Assembly (NCBI GenBank): GCA_002633005.1
Contig: NMRA01000086.1
Location: forward strand, 283,034 to 347,033
Reading direction: 5' to 3'
DNA: 64,000 nucleotides
Origin: Phoronis australis
Taxonomy: Eukaryota; Animalia; Phoronida
In this document: positions 62,464 to 64,000 of the stretch, in pieces
Position numbering within the stretch: position 1 is the first letter of the stretch
How the letters are laid out: every line of letters begins with the position of its first letter
The notes under the pieces: model-generated
What the model was told of the DNA's origin: nothing
Database searches by the model: none
What the model saw: only the letters and a program-made list of their open reading frames with translations
Translations under genes and position numbers: made by a program

Positions 62464-64000
62464 TTTAAAATCTGGAATATGAACTTTTGAAAATGATAAA
62501 CTGTTTCGTAAAAACAAAATAAAACACAAATACATTTCTACATGCATGACGATGAGAAAGTTTTAAATGTTGTAAAAGCGTCACACCGCTCGACTTGTAT
62601 TATCTGACAGTTTCTGCTACAAGCCTGCAACAAGAATATGAGTTTGTGACCAGCTAGGAGTCTGGTTCACGTGCGCGTACGAGTGCTGTTCTCATGCACA
62701 AACTCCATCCATTATAATTCGATATTCAGTTGTCAAGCTTCAAAGATAAAATAAGTTGTAGGACGAATATACTAGTGTCATCCTGTGAAATTATGGTGAA
62801 ATGTGAATACTTTAGTTGGGTTTCTCACATTCTGTAAAAATAGTTTTTCATATCGACCACTTACTGGTCTCATCTGGTTCCTTGCTCAGATTGGAGACGA
62901 TTTCTTAGTATTGCTTGAGCCAAGGCTCAACAACGGGACCACGTGACCAGGCTGTTTATTATGTCAAGCAGGGTCTCAAGAGGTGAACTTCACACAAAGT
63001 CCATAAACTATTTCTCACCTAAATAATGTACAAGTTAAGACCACTCTTATAACGGTGATTGGTCTAAGTCAGACGTGAGAGCTTACAGAAAGCAACCTCA
63101 TTGCACAAGCACGCGAATTTCCTAATCACTCAACACCATATAAGAAACTTATATGTTTTAGTGAGTGTTTTTGCTAGTGGTGTATACGAGGACCAGATGA
63201 ATTCAAGGTCTTTACTGGCTATATTGCAAACGTACTTACGCTGGAGAAAGCACAAGCTGACCACACAAGCTGATAATGCTGTTTGTGTCAACTTCTCGCT
63301 GGAAAATGATTCAAGCTAACTGGTAACTGTAACGCTTATCACTTATAAAAAGTTTAAATAGACACCAAGTTTTGTACCCTGGACTGCAGTGATAAGATAA
63401 TCGCTGAAATTGCGTCTAAAATTTCACATCCTTGCGAGGCACGTTATATTTAGCCTTGGTACTAGCAGTGGCGGATCTACGTTTTCAGTAAGGGGGGAGG
63501 GGTTTAGGATTCCCGCAAAGGTCGAATCCGAGGCGCGTGGCGCCGAGCGGGGGGAGGTNCCGTTTAAGATAACTTTATATAATTCTAGCCAAACAGTGAA
63601 ATTTCCATGCATCCTGGTACGTTTCTGGCACTTAACAGGAGTTTTTCTTAAGATAATTAAATTAAAAGCCCTTCTCGATTTCGTCACATGAACTTTGCTC
63701 ATAAGTTTCGTGAAACCAAATTTGTGCACATCTGAGTATGAGTCACACCACCAGCAAAATTTTTTGTTGGAACACCTGCTTACACGCACCTTTTTAGCAT
63801 ACGAAAAAGTGTGATTTGTGCACAGTGGTTTAGACAACTACCAAATTACCAAATATTCAAGAGCATAAGGAGCACCGACGGGGCGTAAAAACTTGAATAT
63901 CAGATGATCGCAACAGCCTCAAGCTGTTTAAGAACGAAGACCTGTACTGTTAGTCCGGAAATAAACATGTGTTCTGTCTCGTTACGAGAAAAACTGGCGA

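Noticed and set aside
60565-62482. Short antisense and alternative-frame ORFs over the LRR gene (and similar ones over DUS3L and KLHL)
   Set aside because: Shadow ORFs of real coding sequence, with no recognisable motifs.
62464-62547. 28-aa N-terminal extension of the LRR ORF
   Set aside because: It reads through a pyrimidine-rich acceptor region, and the signal peptide starts at Met 62463.

Overview
Eukaryotic (metazoan, probably invertebrate) genomic DNA with spliced genes, many small DNA transposons and a 900-N gap (34332-35231). Six host genes can be rebuilt by hand from splice sites and reading-frame phase: the 5' end of NUF2 (-), a 6-exon ELOVL fatty-acid elongase (-), an 11-exon DUS3L (+), an 8-exon NDUFA10 (+, one probable GC-AG intron), a 2-exon KLHL40/41-like BTB-BACK-Kelch gene (-), and a secreted LRR+Ig protein (-). 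The strongest accessory feature is an internally deleted Kolobok-type transposon in ELOVL intron 3 (8336-10254). It has TTAA TSDs, ~160-bp TIRs, a THAP transposase on + and a convergent KolX/P2X7-ballast-like ORF on -. Other candidates are a 4-Cys insert in the Ig domain of the LRR protein, a CArG cluster around the KLHL40/41-like 5' end, an 80-bp hairpin MITE with a 9-bp TSD, two 5-bp-TSD elements, Helentron-type (HINE) repeats and two minisatellites. No clearly new biological system can be demonstrated from the sequence alone. Family assignments come from recalled motifs, not database searches.
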